Assembly (NCBI GenBank): GCA_028703445.1
Contig: JAQVMW010000005.1
Location: forward strand, 21,666-85,665
Length of the DNA stretch: 64,000 nt
From: Candidatus Peribacteraceae bacterium
Lineage (GTDB): Bacteria; Patescibacteriota; Gracilibacteria; Peribacterales; Peribacteraceae
Direction of reading: 5' to 3'
Position numbers and translations under genes: made by a program. Shown here piece after piece: positions 63,749 to 64,000 of the stretch. The stretch's first letter is position 1; each line of letters begins with the position of its first letter. The notes beneath the pieces are model-generated. The model was not told where the DNA came from, made no database searches, and saw only the letters and a program-made list of their open reading frames with translations.

Positions 63749-64000
63749 CTACTCCCTCACCCACCGCAGGAACGCATCCATCTCCATGGGATACGGCAAC
63801 AGCTTGCCATTCTGCACAATGGACGAAACCTGAAGCGAGCGTGCATCCACATCGAACGCGTACGGCAGATCCCCTTTGGACGAGGAGAACAGGATGTCGC
63901 GTACGGTGACACTCTGACCGTCTGACTTTGGCTCGATTTTCGTCTGCAGTGAGAAGAGCGCACCTCCCTGTTCCAAAGCGGAAGTGACGACCGAAACGCG
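63749..64000 (-). CDS. hypothetical protein (5' end probably outside window)
   Basis: The frame stays open to the window edge. Confidence 0.4.
   Translation of the reverse strand, partial: RVSVVTSALEQGGALFSLQTKIEPKSDGQSVTVRDILFSSSKGDLPYAFDVDARSLQVSSIVQNGKLLPYPMEMDAFLRWVRE

Overview
Dense chromosomal segment, visibly GC-rich (by eye roughly 55-60%, not computed). No rRNA genes or CRISPR arrays.

Gene content: housekeeping genes recognised from motifs are purL (5' partial), murC, rpmA, lepA, rplS, infB, eno, lgt, thrS, dnaA, rseP, comF, dut, ftsZ, ftsA, a 5'-3' exonuclease, truB and prs. There are five tRNAs: fMet, Pro, Val, Lys and Ile. Between them sit many lineage-specific hypothetical membrane or coiled-coil proteins. 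Content and style suggest a CPR/Patescibacteria-like bacterium, but this is inference only. The cues are a TrbC/VirB2-type pilin-like small protein, a DUF5652-like gene, a four-helix-bundle gene, a half-size GlgA-like ORF, and few Shine-Dalgarno sequences.

Accessory regions:
- An IS200/IS605 tnpA next to tRNA-Lys, followed by a clearly AT-richer two-gene island (54.3-56.2 kb).
- A small AT-richer islet after tRNA-Ile.
- A 630-bp insertion upstream of comF, bracketed by 61-nt direct repeats.

Uncharacterised protein modules:
- 41041-46084: a small membrane protein followed by a 1525-aa protein with a single HExxH motif.
- 13692-18567: a CsaB-like pyruvyl transferase followed by three unknown proteins.
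- 19988-23145: two unknown membrane proteins.
- 2477-5045: a pair of paralogous surface proteins with different wall anchors.

Intergenic repeats are the most unusual signal:
1. A dispersed family of GC-rich nested palindromes built from CCCCCTCTCC/GGAGAGGGGG.
2. Locus-specific low-complexity hairpins whose arms are short tandem words. One encloses the four-helix-bundle gene.
3. Telomere-like TAGGG/CCCTA runs that fit G-quadruplex motifs.
4. A conserved element of about 110-130 nt directly 3' of two different tRNAs.

All domain calls come from motif recognition by eye; no searches were run. Start codons are often uncertain because SD sequences are mostly absent.
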